Part shown: piece after piece, positions 1-8,041 of the stretch
Numbering within the stretch: position 1 is the stretch's first letter
How the letters are laid out: each line of letters opens with the position of its first letter
NCBI GenBank assembly: GCA_934234055.1
Contig: CAKQGY010000003.1
Span: forward strand, 21,142-85,141
From: an uncultured Alphaproteobacteria bacterium
GTDB lineage: Bacteria; Pseudomonadota; Alphaproteobacteria; CAAHEQ01; UBA3637
Length of the DNA stretch: 64,000 nucleotides
Direction: 5' to 3'
Made by a program: the position numbers and the translations under genes
Notes under the pieces: generated by a model
Database searches by the model: none
Told to the model about the DNA's origin: nothing
Seen by the model: only the letters and a program-made list of their open reading frames with translations

Positions 1-458
1 TAGCCACGAATAAAAGCTTGCACTTCCTTGTCCGCTTCCGCATAGCAGACCACACTTAAAACCGCCTCGTGATTTTCGCCCCAATTCCGCAGCCCCGAAC
101 TTTTCGTCAAATTCCCCGCGCTGATCAGCAGAAAGCTATCCGTTTTGATTTGCTCGACATAGTCCACCACTGCCTCCAAAATCGTATTATCTGCTTCTTT
201 CAACCAGATCAGTTTCCGCCCGCCCAACAAGGATACCGCATTTCCTTCATCTGTCAGAATACTTGGTATTTCCTTTATTTTTGAAGGAGTTAGTTTCACA
301 ACACAGAAGTCATCTTTCATATTTTCCACGATAATTCCGGCGATTTTTTCCGACACTTCCTGAACCATACCCTGCTCGGGTCCAAACACCAAAGCGGCCT
401 TAAAACCGGATTTGATTTGCGGGATCAGAGCGCTTACCTGATGTTCTTTAGCCTTCAC
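1..458 (-). CDS. holA: DNA polymerase III delta subunit (HolA), N-terminal part; gene runs off the window start
   Basis: Minus-strand translation from GTG overlapping the lptE stop gives VKAKEHQVSALIPQIKSGFKAALVFGPEQGMV..., which is HolA-like. The lptE-holA order is typical. Not in the ORF track because the gene is truncated by the window edge. Confidence 0.5.
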   Translation of the reverse strand, partial: MKAKEHQVSALIPQIKSGFKAALVFGPEQGMVQEVSEKIAGIIVENMKDDFCVVKLTPSKIKEIPSILTDEGNAVSLLGGRKLIWLKEADNTILEAVVDYVEQIKTDSFLLISAGNLTKSSGLRNWGENHEAVLSVVCYAEADKEVQAFIRG

Positions 459-958
459 GATTCCAGCCCCTTAAAATACGACAGAATATGCAACGCAATT
501 TCATCAGACATCACCTTGATCAGGTTTTGATACAACTGATCTTTTGACACAACCGTCGCATACGGTTCGCGGATCAGGTTAAACAAGCCGCTGCTGTTCA
601 GTGATGCCGATACCACCTTTTCACCGCTATCTGATTGAATCAGTGTATAAAAGGCCACCACATTCATTTCTTCAATCGTTGCAAAGTTATCATCTTTCAA
701 GCTTTTATCAGAATAACTCGGCGCGCCCAGTCGCACTTCCAAGCGGTATTTTTTCGGGCGGTTCAGTTGTTTTGGGTTTAGTTTTTCCGCCAGGATCAGT
801 TCCATCTGATATCCGCCTTCACCCGAGATCGGTTCTACCGCCACGGCGGCCGTTTGTTCAATGATATTTTGTTTATTATTTTCAGTCAGATACAGCGGCC
901 GAAACCCGCACCCGACCAAGCCCAAAACCGCCACCAACATCAAACCGTATTTTTTCAT
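455..958 (-). CDS. lptE: LPS-assembly lipoprotein LptE-like (lipoprotein signal LVGC)
   Basis: 167 aa ORF with a lipobox (LGLVGCGF). Size and position upstream of holA are typical of lptE. Confidence 0.5.
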   Translation of the reverse strand: MKKYGLMLVAVLGLVGCGFRPLYLTENNKQNIIEQTAAVAVEPISGEGGYQMELILAEKLNPKQLNRPKKYRLEVRLGAPSYSDKSLKDDNFATIEEMNVVAFYTLIQSDSGEKVVSASLNSSGLFNLIREPYATVVSKDQLYQNLIKVMSDEIALHILSYFKGLES

Positions 959-1045
959 TTTTTTGCCTTTCTGTTGCCATTATACCCAGATTCCAGTTGA
1001 AATACAAGCAAAAATAATATATCCTACACAAAAAGGAATAAAACA

Positions 1046-1897
1046 ATGAAACCCAAAATCACAGTTATAGTCGGCCCCACGGCCAGCGGTAAATCAGCCC
1101 TTGCACTTCGTCTGGCTTTGGCCACATCCGGCACGATTATCAATGCCGATGCCATTCAAACTTATCACGATTTATCAATTATTTCCGCGCGTCCGACGCC
1201 GGCCGAAACCGGGGCTGTTCCGCATTTGCTTTACGGCTACTTAGGCCCAAACGAGCAAAGCTCTGTCCAAGATTGGCTCACGCGCGTTGTCCCGGTTTTA
1301 AAGGACACCCCCAATCCGATTTTGGTTGGTGGCACAGGGCTTTACATTTCTGCGCTGATCAACGGCCTCAACGATATGCCCGACATTCCGCCCGAGGTTC
1401 GCGCCTTTGTGCGTCAGATGGACATTGACGAAGTCCGCCGTCGTATGCCGGATTTCCCATTCCCGGATCCCCAGCGTCAGCGTCGCGCGCTGGAAGTGCT
1501 CCTTGCATCCGGCCGGCCGCTATCGTATTTCCAAAGCCAACCCAAAAAGAAGGTTCTGGACGCGGATTTTCGGGTGCTTTTTATCAATCCGAATCGCGCG
1601 GATTTATATGAAAATTGCGCCAACCGCTTTCATCAAATGATCGGGCAGGGGGGTATAGAGGAGGTTCAACACCTGCTTACATTAAACCCCACCGGCGGCG
1701 TTCTGGGAGCAATCGGTGTATCCGAAATTACATCGTATTTACAAGGGGTTATTACACGCGAACAGATGATTAAATCTGCGATTTTGGCCACCCGCCATTA
1801 CGCCAAACGTCAAGTCACCTGGTTCCGGCATCAAATTCCGGCCGACATTGTCATTCGCGATTCGGCGTCTTTTGACCTTACAACTCTGCCGACGTAA
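1046..1897 (+). CDS. miaA: tRNA dimethylallyltransferase
   Basis: P-loop GPTASGKS and MiaA-like sequence throughout. Confidence 0.9.
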   Translation: MKPKITVIVGPTASGKSALALRLALATSGTIINADAIQTYHDLSIISARPTPAETGAVPHLLYGYLGPNEQSSVQDWLTRVVPVLKDTPNPILVGGTGLYISALINGLNDMPDIPPEVRAFVRQMDIDEVRRRMPDFPFPDPQRQRRALEVLLASGRPLSYFQSQPKKKVLDADFRVLFINPNRADLYENCANRFHQMIGQGGIEEVQHLLTLNPTGGVLGAIGVSEITSYLQGVITREQMIKSAILATRHYAKRQVTWFRHQIPADIVIRDSASFDLTTLPT

Positions 1898-2801
1898 TAG
1901 ACTTATCCGCCATCAGGCGTTGCAAGATTTCATTCATCATTTCCGGCGTGTCATAGGCTACTTCAATTGTGCCACCCGCACCGTTCCAGTTGATTTTGAC
2001 CACTGTTTTCAGCAGGGCACTTGCCTGCCGTTCCAGGGCGATCAGTTCTGCATCTTTTTGTTCTGATTTTTCAAAGGGTTTCGGCGGTTTTGGCACCTTG
2101 ATTTTTTGGCTGTTGGCCAGTTTTTCGGTTTCCCGCACGCTCAAACCTTTCACTACGATTTCCCGGGCCAAAGCGGTTGCATTTTTAGCCGTCAACAAAG
2201 CGCGTGCATGACCGATACTTATTTCTTTATTTTCAACCAGTTGCTTGATTTCTTCCGGCAAACTCAACAGGCGCAGCATATTCGCCACATGGCTCCGACT
2301 TTTGCCCACGATTCGCGACACTTCGTCCTGAGTATAAAAGAATTCGCTCATCAGGCGATTATACGCCGCCGCTTCTTCCAAGGGATTCAAATCCTCGCGT
2401 TGCAGGTTATCAATCAAGGCCACTTCCATGGCTTCTTCATTACTTAAATCCTTGATAATAACGGGTAATTCTTTCAGGCCAACGATTTTTGCCGCGCGGA
2501 ATCGCCGCTCCCCGGCGATAATTTCATAGACCGCCGACCCCTCACTATGCCGCACCAACAGGGGCTGCAACACACCTTTTTCCCGAATCGATTGGACCAA
2601 GTCTTCCAAAGCGGAATCCGAGAACACCCGCCGCGGCTGATACAAACTCGGTAATAAATCATCAATTGGGATTTGATGGATCATATTTCTTTGTTTTTCA
2701 ACAGGTTGATCAAACTCTTCCGGCAGGAAATCATCCCCCATCAAAGCACTTAAACCTTTACCCAGTCCTAAATTTTTATCCATTATTTTCTCCTTTTTCA
2801 C
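1878..2801 (-). CDS. parB: Chromosome partitioning protein ParB
   Basis: ParB box motifs (GERRFRAA, IENLQRED) and HTH. Tail-to-tail overlap with miaA. Confidence 0.9.
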   Translation of the reverse strand: MKKEKIMDKNLGLGKGLSALMGDDFLPEEFDQPVEKQRNMIHQIPIDDLLPSLYQPRRVFSDSALEDLVQSIREKGVLQPLLVRHSEGSAVYEIIAGERRFRAAKIVGLKELPVIIKDLSNEEAMEVALIDNLQREDLNPLEEAAAYNRLMSEFFYTQDEVSRIVGKSRSHVANMLRLLSLPEEIKQLVENKEISIGHARALLTAKNATALAREIVVKGLSVRETEKLANSQKIKVPKPPKPFEKSEQKDAELIALERQASALLKTVVKINWNGAGGTIEVAYDTPEMMNEILQRLMADKSITSAEL

Positions 2802-3552
2802 GTCTTAATACTTCGCCGGCCAAGCGGATATAGCTTTGCGCACCGACACTTCTGAAATCATATAACATCACAGGCTTCCCGTGCGAGGGTGCTTCGGGAA
2901 TGCGCACATTACGCGGAATGACGGTATCGAAAACCAAATCCCCAAAGAATGATTGCACATCATTCACCACCGAGCGCGACAACCGCGACCGCCCGTCATA
3001 CATCGTCATCACAATTCCCTCCACTTTCAGGGTCGGATTAAAGTTTTTCTTAATTCTTTCAATGGTTTTCATCAGGTCAGCCACCCCTTCCAAAGCCAAA
3101 TATTCGCACTGCACCGGTATGATCACCGAGGTTGACGCCACCAACGCATTCATTGTCAGCAGCCCCACGGCCGGCGGACAATCCACAAAGATATAGTCAA
3201 AATCCGCCAACCCCGCCATCGCTTTTTTCAGGTAAAATTGCGGGCGCTCCACATCGGCCAATTCAATATCAACGCCCAGCAATTCCTGACTGGCCGGCAG
3301 GACATATAAATACGGAATCGCTGTCGGCAGCACGCATTCCGCCGCCGCATAGCGCCCCGTTAAAACCGTATAAGAACTTTTACCCCCCTGGCACCGTTTC
3401 AGACCCAAACTGACCGTCGCGTTTCCCTGCGGATCCAAATCAATAATCAACACTTTTTTCTTTAACGCTGACAGGGCCGTGGCTAAATTCACCGTCGTTG
3501 TTGTTTTACCGACACCGCCTTTTTGGTTGGATATGGAAAAGATTTTAGTCAT
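2776..3552 (-). CDS. parA: Chromosome partitioning ATPase ParA
   Basis: Deviant Walker A KGGVGKTTT. Overlaps parB start. Confidence 0.9.
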   Translation of the reverse strand: MTKIFSISNQKGGVGKTTTTVNLATALSALKKKVLIIDLDPQGNATVSLGLKRCQGGKSSYTVLTGRYAAAECVLPTAIPYLYVLPASQELLGVDIELADVERPQFYLKKAMAGLADFDYIFVDCPPAVGLLTMNALVASTSVIIPVQCEYLALEGVADLMKTIERIKKNFNPTLKVEGIVMTMYDGRSRLSRSVVNDVQSFFGDLVFDTVIPRNVRIPEAPSHGKPVMLYDFRSVGAQSYIRLAGEVLRREKGENNG

Positions 3553-4147
3553 TTGAAACCTCCGTTATTTTTAACACATAACTATTTGATTTTGTTATAC
3601 TTTTTATTTTTTCTATTTGGAATTTACAGGGGCAGTTTTGAATCTCGCTGTCGCAATTTTCCCCTTTCAAAAACAGGCATACAGCCTCTTTTTTCATCAG
3701 GGGTTTTCCCCATTTTAGTAATTGTTCCAATGGCGCCAAGGCCCGCGCCGTGATTACATCGGCCGCCACACCGGACACCGTCTCAATCCGCTGATTTAAA
3801 ACAACGGCATTCAGATTTAAATTTCTAATTATCTCTTTCAAAAACAAGGATTTTTTCATATCACTTTCAATTAAAATCACTTGCCGATTTGGGCGGTTAT
3901 CAGCTTTATTTAAGATTGCCAACACCAACCCCGGAAAGCCCGCGCCGCTGCCCATATCCGCCACAATTTCAGCCCGTTCCGGCAGGCATGTATACAGTTG
4001 TGCCGAATCCACAATATGCCGATTCCATATATCCGAAATTGTGGTTGGGGAAATTAAATTGACTGCCTGTTGCCACTTTTTCAGCAAAGCTATATACCTG
4101 TCCAAATCGGGGCGTGCCGTTGTCAATAATGTGTCAAGTGAGTCCAT
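3545..4147 (-). CDS. rsmG: 16S rRNA m7G527 methyltransferase RsmG (GidB)
   Basis: SAM motif DMGSGAGFPG. The likely true start is MDSLDTLL at 4147. The track's longer ORF reads through a parS site. Confidence 0.85.
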   Translation of the reverse strand: MDSLDTLLTTARPDLDRYIALLKKWQQAVNLISPTTISDIWNRHIVDSAQLYTCLPERAEIVADMGSGAGFPGLVLAILNKADNRPNRQVILIESDMKKSLFLKEIIRNLNLNAVVLNQRIETVSGVAADVITARALAPLEQLLKWGKPLMKKEAVCLFLKGENCDSEIQNCPCKFQIEKIKSITKSNSYVLKITEVSND

Positions 4148-4163
4148 TTTTATCCTTTTTTTA

Positions 4164-4179
4164 TGTTTCACGTGAAACA
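4164..4179. promoter_or_regulatory. parS: parS centromere site (perfect TGTTTCACGTGAAACA)
   Basis: Exact 16-bp palindromic parS consensus, read directly in the sequence. Confidence 0.85.
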
Positions 4180-4227
4180 TTTCTAACATATACTTTTTCA
4201 TTTTTCAAGCATTTTTGCCGGAAAAAG

Positions 4228-4243
4228 TGTTTCACGTGAAACA
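4228..4243. promoter_or_regulatory. parS: parS centromere site (perfect TGTTTCACGTGAAACA)
   Basis: Second exact copy, 64 bp from the first, upstream of rsmG-parAB. Confidence 0.85.
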
Positions 4244-4245
4244 TT

Positions 4246-4686
4246 TTAACGGAAAATAAGTTTAAGGTTATTTTGATCCCGGCAAGACCCGGGTTGTCCG
4301 TTAACCAGCATGCGTTCGGCCCCCAAGGACCGACCCGTTAAATAAGAACAAGTTGATTTATCCAATTGATTTAATTGAATAAAAAATGTATTTTGTGTTT
4401 CGCTGCCCAGGTTCCAATTCAATCCCGAAAACGGGGAAGTCATCAGGCTATTTTTAGAAATCCCGGTATAATAATCATTCGGCCGCGCCATTTTAACTTC
4501 CATCACGGTTTGGCTGATATCGTTCAAAATTTGGGTTTGTTTAGCCCGGGACAGGCCGCTGTTCACCGCACCGACAGACTGTTGGGTGAGGGTGCCTTGA
4601 ATGGCTAAATTTGACATAATATCAACCATTTGCGCAGAAACAGAACCCGATAAAAGCAACAGTATACAGCATACCCATTTATGCAT
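4246..4686 (-). CDS. Hypothetical Sec-secreted protein with a C-terminal Cys pair
   Basis: Signal peptide (LLLLSGSVSA|Q). Two Cys about 25 aa apart near the C-terminus. No family recognised. Confidence 0.45.
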   Translation of the reverse strand: MHKWVCCILLLLSGSVSAQMVDIMSNLAIQGTLTQQSVGAVNSGLSRAKQTQILNDISQTVMEVKMARPNDYYTGISKNSLMTSPFSGLNWNLGSETQNTFFIQLNQLDKSTCSYLTGRSLGAERMLVNGQPGSCRDQNNLKLIFR

Positions 4687-4689
4687 AAT

Positions 4690-5379
4690 CTATTCTCCCC
4701 AAAAATTATCTTTAATTTTGGTCATAAATTGCCGGTGGTCCTCCAATTCCGCCTCGCTGACCGGAAAAGACCGCGGTTCATGATAGGGACGCGCGGGTTG
4801 ACCACTTGAATTAAATTGTTGATTTTGTTGTAATTTTGACGCCATATTAAGCACCAAACCCGGTTCACGCCCACCGATTAATTCCAAATAAACCTCGGCC
4901 AATAACTCACTGTCCAATAACGCGCCGTGCACCGTTCGGGCGGACGCATCCACCTTGAAACGCTTGCACAATTCGTCCAAATTGACACGGCTGCCGGGAA
5001 ATTTTTGCCGCGCCATTATTAAAGTATCTATCACACGATCGTATGACAGAACCGGCCGGCCGCAGGCCATCAGTTCTGCATTCAAAAACTTCATATCAAA
5101 CGCGGCATTGTGAATAACCAGTTTAGAATCCTCACCGATAAAATTGATAAATTTTTCAGCAACTTGACGAAATGTCGGCTTGTCCTTGACAAATTCATTC
5201 GTGATGCCGTGAATGGCAATCACGTCTTGGTCCATTTCACGTTCGGGGTTTAAGTATTCTTGGAAAGTGCGCCCCGTCGGGATATGATCCACCAGCTCAA
5301 CACACCCGATTTCAACAATCTTGTGCCCTTGTTCCGGGTCTAAACCCGTGGTTTCGGTATCTAAAACAATTTCTCTCAT
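4690..5379 (-). CDS. dnaQ: DNA polymerase III epsilon subunit (3'-5' exonuclease)
   Basis: Exo I motif VLDTETTGLDP and an exo III region. Start likely MREIVLD. The track ORF extends to a GTG at 5484. Confidence 0.85.
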   Translation of the reverse strand: MREIVLDTETTGLDPEQGHKIVEIGCVELVDHIPTGRTFQEYLNPEREMDQDVIAIHGITNEFVKDKPTFRQVAEKFINFIGEDSKLVIHNAAFDMKFLNAELMACGRPVLSYDRVIDTLIMARQKFPGSRVNLDELCKRFKVDASARTVHGALLDSELLAEVYLELIGGREPGLVLNMASKLQQNQQFNSSGQPARPYHEPRSFPVSEAELEDHRQFMTKIKDNFWGE

Positions 5380-5422
5380 AAGAGGAAGTATATCTAAAAT
5401 CTGCCCATTTTGCAAGCGAATT

Positions 5423-5687
5423 TGTGGATAATGTGGATAAATAGGTCTGTTTTTAAAAAGAGGTCTAAAACAATTAAATTGCACTCAGTCTAAATGCACA
5501 CCGGAAAAATCCCGAAAAATAGACCTGATTCAAAAAATGAACCCAGTTATCCACACGATTCGGGTAAATTTCAAAAACCTGTCAAGCAAAAAATAAAAAA
5601 GATATGCACATTATGCACACCCCCTTCTAATACTAATATATATTTATTATATAAGATAGGCAGGTTGAAAGTGGATAAAATCCACAG
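5423..5687. promoter_or_regulatory. AT-rich intergenic region with a cluster of DnaA boxes (candidate oriC or DnaA-regulated region)
   Basis: TGTGGATAA at 5423-5431 and 5432-5440. TTATCCACA at 5547-5555. AGTGGATAA/ATCCACA pair at 5670-5687. ATGCACA appears three times. Lies next to parS and parAB. Confidence 0.45.
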
Positions 5688-5759
5688 GTTTGTGAAATCT
5701 TGATTGCAAAGATGTAAATTATATGGTATCATAATCATTAAATGTAAAGGAGCATCGTC

Positions 5760-7157
5760 ATGTTGACTATTTATAATACGGAAAATCATCGCAAAGAAAT
5801 CTTTAAACCGATCCGCGAAGGGGAAGTTTCGTTCTATGCCTGCGGACCGACAATCTATAACTATGCCCACATCGGAAATATGCGGGCTTTTGTATTTTAT
5901 GACTTATTAAACAGATACTTACGCTATAAAGGATACAAAGTTAAATTCTGTATGAACCTGACGGATGTGGATGATAAAACCATTCGCGATTCACAGGCAC
6001 AGGGCAAAAAATTGCGCGAATTTACGGATTTTTATAAAGAAGCGTTCTTAAAAGATTGCGCAACGCTGAATATCTTGAAGCCGGACTTTAATCCGCGGGC
6101 AACCGAAGAAATACCCGCCATGATTGAGCTGATCCAAAAATTGTTAGAAAAGGGATACGCTTATCAGGCTAAAAACGGAGATATTTACTTTAAAATCAGT
6201 GCGTTCAGAAACTATGGACAAATGGCCGGAATTAATGCCGACGACTTGCGCGTGAATGCGGACGGGCGCTTGACGGAAGATGAATACGAAAAAGAAAATG
6301 CGCAGGATTTCGCGCTGTGGAAAGCCTGGACCGAAAAAGACGGCGAAAATTACTGGGATACGCCATGGGGAAAGGGGCGGCCGGGGTGGCATATTGAATG
6401 CTCGGCTATGGCACGGAAATACCTGGGGCAGCCGCTGGATATCCATGCGGGCGGAATTGATTTGGTCTTCCCCCACCATACCAACGAAATCGCGCAGTCG
6501 GAATGTGCTTACGGGTGTAAGTTTGTGAACTATTGGATGCATAACGAACACATCACCGTCAATGGCAAAAAAATGTCAAAATCGCTTGGAAATTGCTATA
6601 AAGTCAATGAGTTATTGGAAAAAGGCTATTCGCGTGAGGCGATCCGATACGAGTTTATTAAAGCCCACTATCGCCAAAATATGGACTTTCAAGAAAAAAG
6701 CCTGGCAGGGAATCAGTCGGTGATTGATAAATTCGGGAACTTTATAAACCGCCTGAGAACGGAAGTCAAGGGTGCCGGCTGGGAGAACTGCGGGACGGCG
6801 ATTGAACGCGCTCTGGCGGGCTTTGAAAAGGGCATGGACGATGATTTAAATACGCCACTGGCCTTGGTTGCCGTGTTTGACCTGATGACCGAGGTCAATA
6901 AACACTTTGATGCCCTGAGCCCTGAAAATGCACAGGCGATTTTGGCCGCGATGACGCGAATCAATTCGGTGCTAGCTGTGTTTCCGGAAGAAAAGCAACA
7001 AACTTTGACTGCCGCGCAGCAGGATCTGATTGAACGGCGGCAACAGGCGCGCTTGGCTAAAGATTGGGCGACGGCGGACGCTTTGAAAAAAGAGTTGATA
7101 AATCAAGGGGTTGAAGTGAAAGATACACCCAAAGGGCCGGTGTGGCGGTTGATCTAA
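5760..7157 (+). CDS. cysS: Cysteinyl-tRNA synthetase
   Basis: HIGN and KMSKS class I motifs. Full length. Confidence 0.95.
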   Translation: MLTIYNTENHRKEIFKPIREGEVSFYACGPTIYNYAHIGNMRAFVFYDLLNRYLRYKGYKVKFCMNLTDVDDKTIRDSQAQGKKLREFTDFYKEAFLKDCATLNILKPDFNPRATEEIPAMIELIQKLLEKGYAYQAKNGDIYFKISAFRNYGQMAGINADDLRVNADGRLTEDEYEKENAQDFALWKAWTEKDGENYWDTPWGKGRPGWHIECSAMARKYLGQPLDIHAGGIDLVFPHHTNEIAQSECAYGCKFVNYWMHNEHITVNGKKMSKSLGNCYKVNELLEKGYSREAIRYEFIKAHYRQNMDFQEKSLAGNQSVIDKFGNFINRLRTEVKGAGWENCGTAIERALAGFEKGMDDDLNTPLALVAVFDLMTEVNKHFDALSPENAQAILAAMTRINSVLAVFPEEKQQTLTAAQQDLIERRQQARLAKDWATADALKKELINQGVEVKDTPKGPVWRLI

Positions 7158-8041
7158 AATAAAGTTTCGGGATCTATGCGGACACCATACCAGCTGAGCA
7201 CAAAATGCAGGTGTGGACCGGTGGAACGGCCGGTCGTGCCAATTCGGCCGATTGGGTCTCCTTGTTTAACCTGTTGATCTAACTTAACATTTATGTGACT
7301 GAGGTGCGAATAGGATGAAAAAACACCGGCACCGTGATCCAGCAAAATCGTCTGGCCAGTGTAAAATAAATCAGGATGCACAAAGGCAACGCGGCCGGCC
7401 GCCGGTGCCAGCACAAGAGTGCCCGTGGGGGCGGCATAGTCAGTTCCGCTATGTCCTTGTTTTTTAACATTATTCAGAATGCGGCGCGACCCGAAATGAC
7501 TGGAAATACGCTTGAAATCCGGGACGGGACGTTGAAATTTTGTCGGAAAAGCAGGGTAGTCAGAACGGGCGCGGGCGGCACGAATCTGTGCGGATTCGGT
7601 GGCGACTCGTTTCCGGTTTTCGGACGACAGGGACACGGTGGCCGACGGCAGGCCGGAGACATACTCTTCGTCCCAGGCGCGCGATTGAACCGGAAAATCC
7701 CGGGTTTTGGCACCGGTTGAGGTCTTAATCGTCAAGGATAATTTTGGAGCGTCCTGAGGGATGCCGATGACAAAACGACGGTCCTTTGTCGAGGGGATTT
7801 GAAATAAATTTTTACTTGTTTTTCCGTTGTTTAAATAAGAACTTTCAACAAAGACTTCTTCCCCGGGATCCAAGCGACCATAGGCCAGAGAACCCTCGGT
7901 CAACGGGGAGTCAAATGTTAAAGCAATACTTGAAGTGGAAAAAAACAAGAAAGATGTAATTACAATGTAATTATTTAGTGATTTTGTAATTATTTTGTAA
8001 TTACATTTTAATGAAGTATATACATTGTAATTACTTTTCAT
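7154..8041 (-). CDS. M23 family (LytM-type) peptidase
   Basis: HSGTDYAAP...GPHLHF M23 motifs. The N-terminal 30 codons are made of an AT-rich repeat array, so the true start is uncertain. Confidence 0.75.
   Translation of the reverse strand: MKSNYNVYTSLKCNYKIITKSLNNYIVITSFLFFSTSSIALTFDSPLTEGSLAYGRLDPGEEVFVESSYLNNGKTSKNLFQIPSTKDRRFVIGIPQDAPKLSLTIKTSTGAKTRDFPVQSRAWDEEYVSGLPSATVSLSSENRKRVATESAQIRAARARSDYPAFPTKFQRPVPDFKRISSHFGSRRILNNVKKQGHSGTDYAAPTGTLVLAPAAGRVAFVHPDLFYTGQTILLDHGAGVFSSYSHLSHINVKLDQQVKQGDPIGRIGTTGRSTGPHLHFVLSWYGVRIDPETLF
7943..8022. repeat. Array of five copies of the palindromic motif TGTAATTA(CA) in a pure-AT island
   Basis: Copies at 7943, 7954, 7973, 7984 and 8014. TGTAATTACA is self-complementary. 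Lies at the xseA stop / M23 start junction. Confidence 0.6.

Noticed and set aside
69-284. 71-aa plus-strand ORF at the window start
   Set aside because: It lies antisense within the holA coding region and has no supporting signals.
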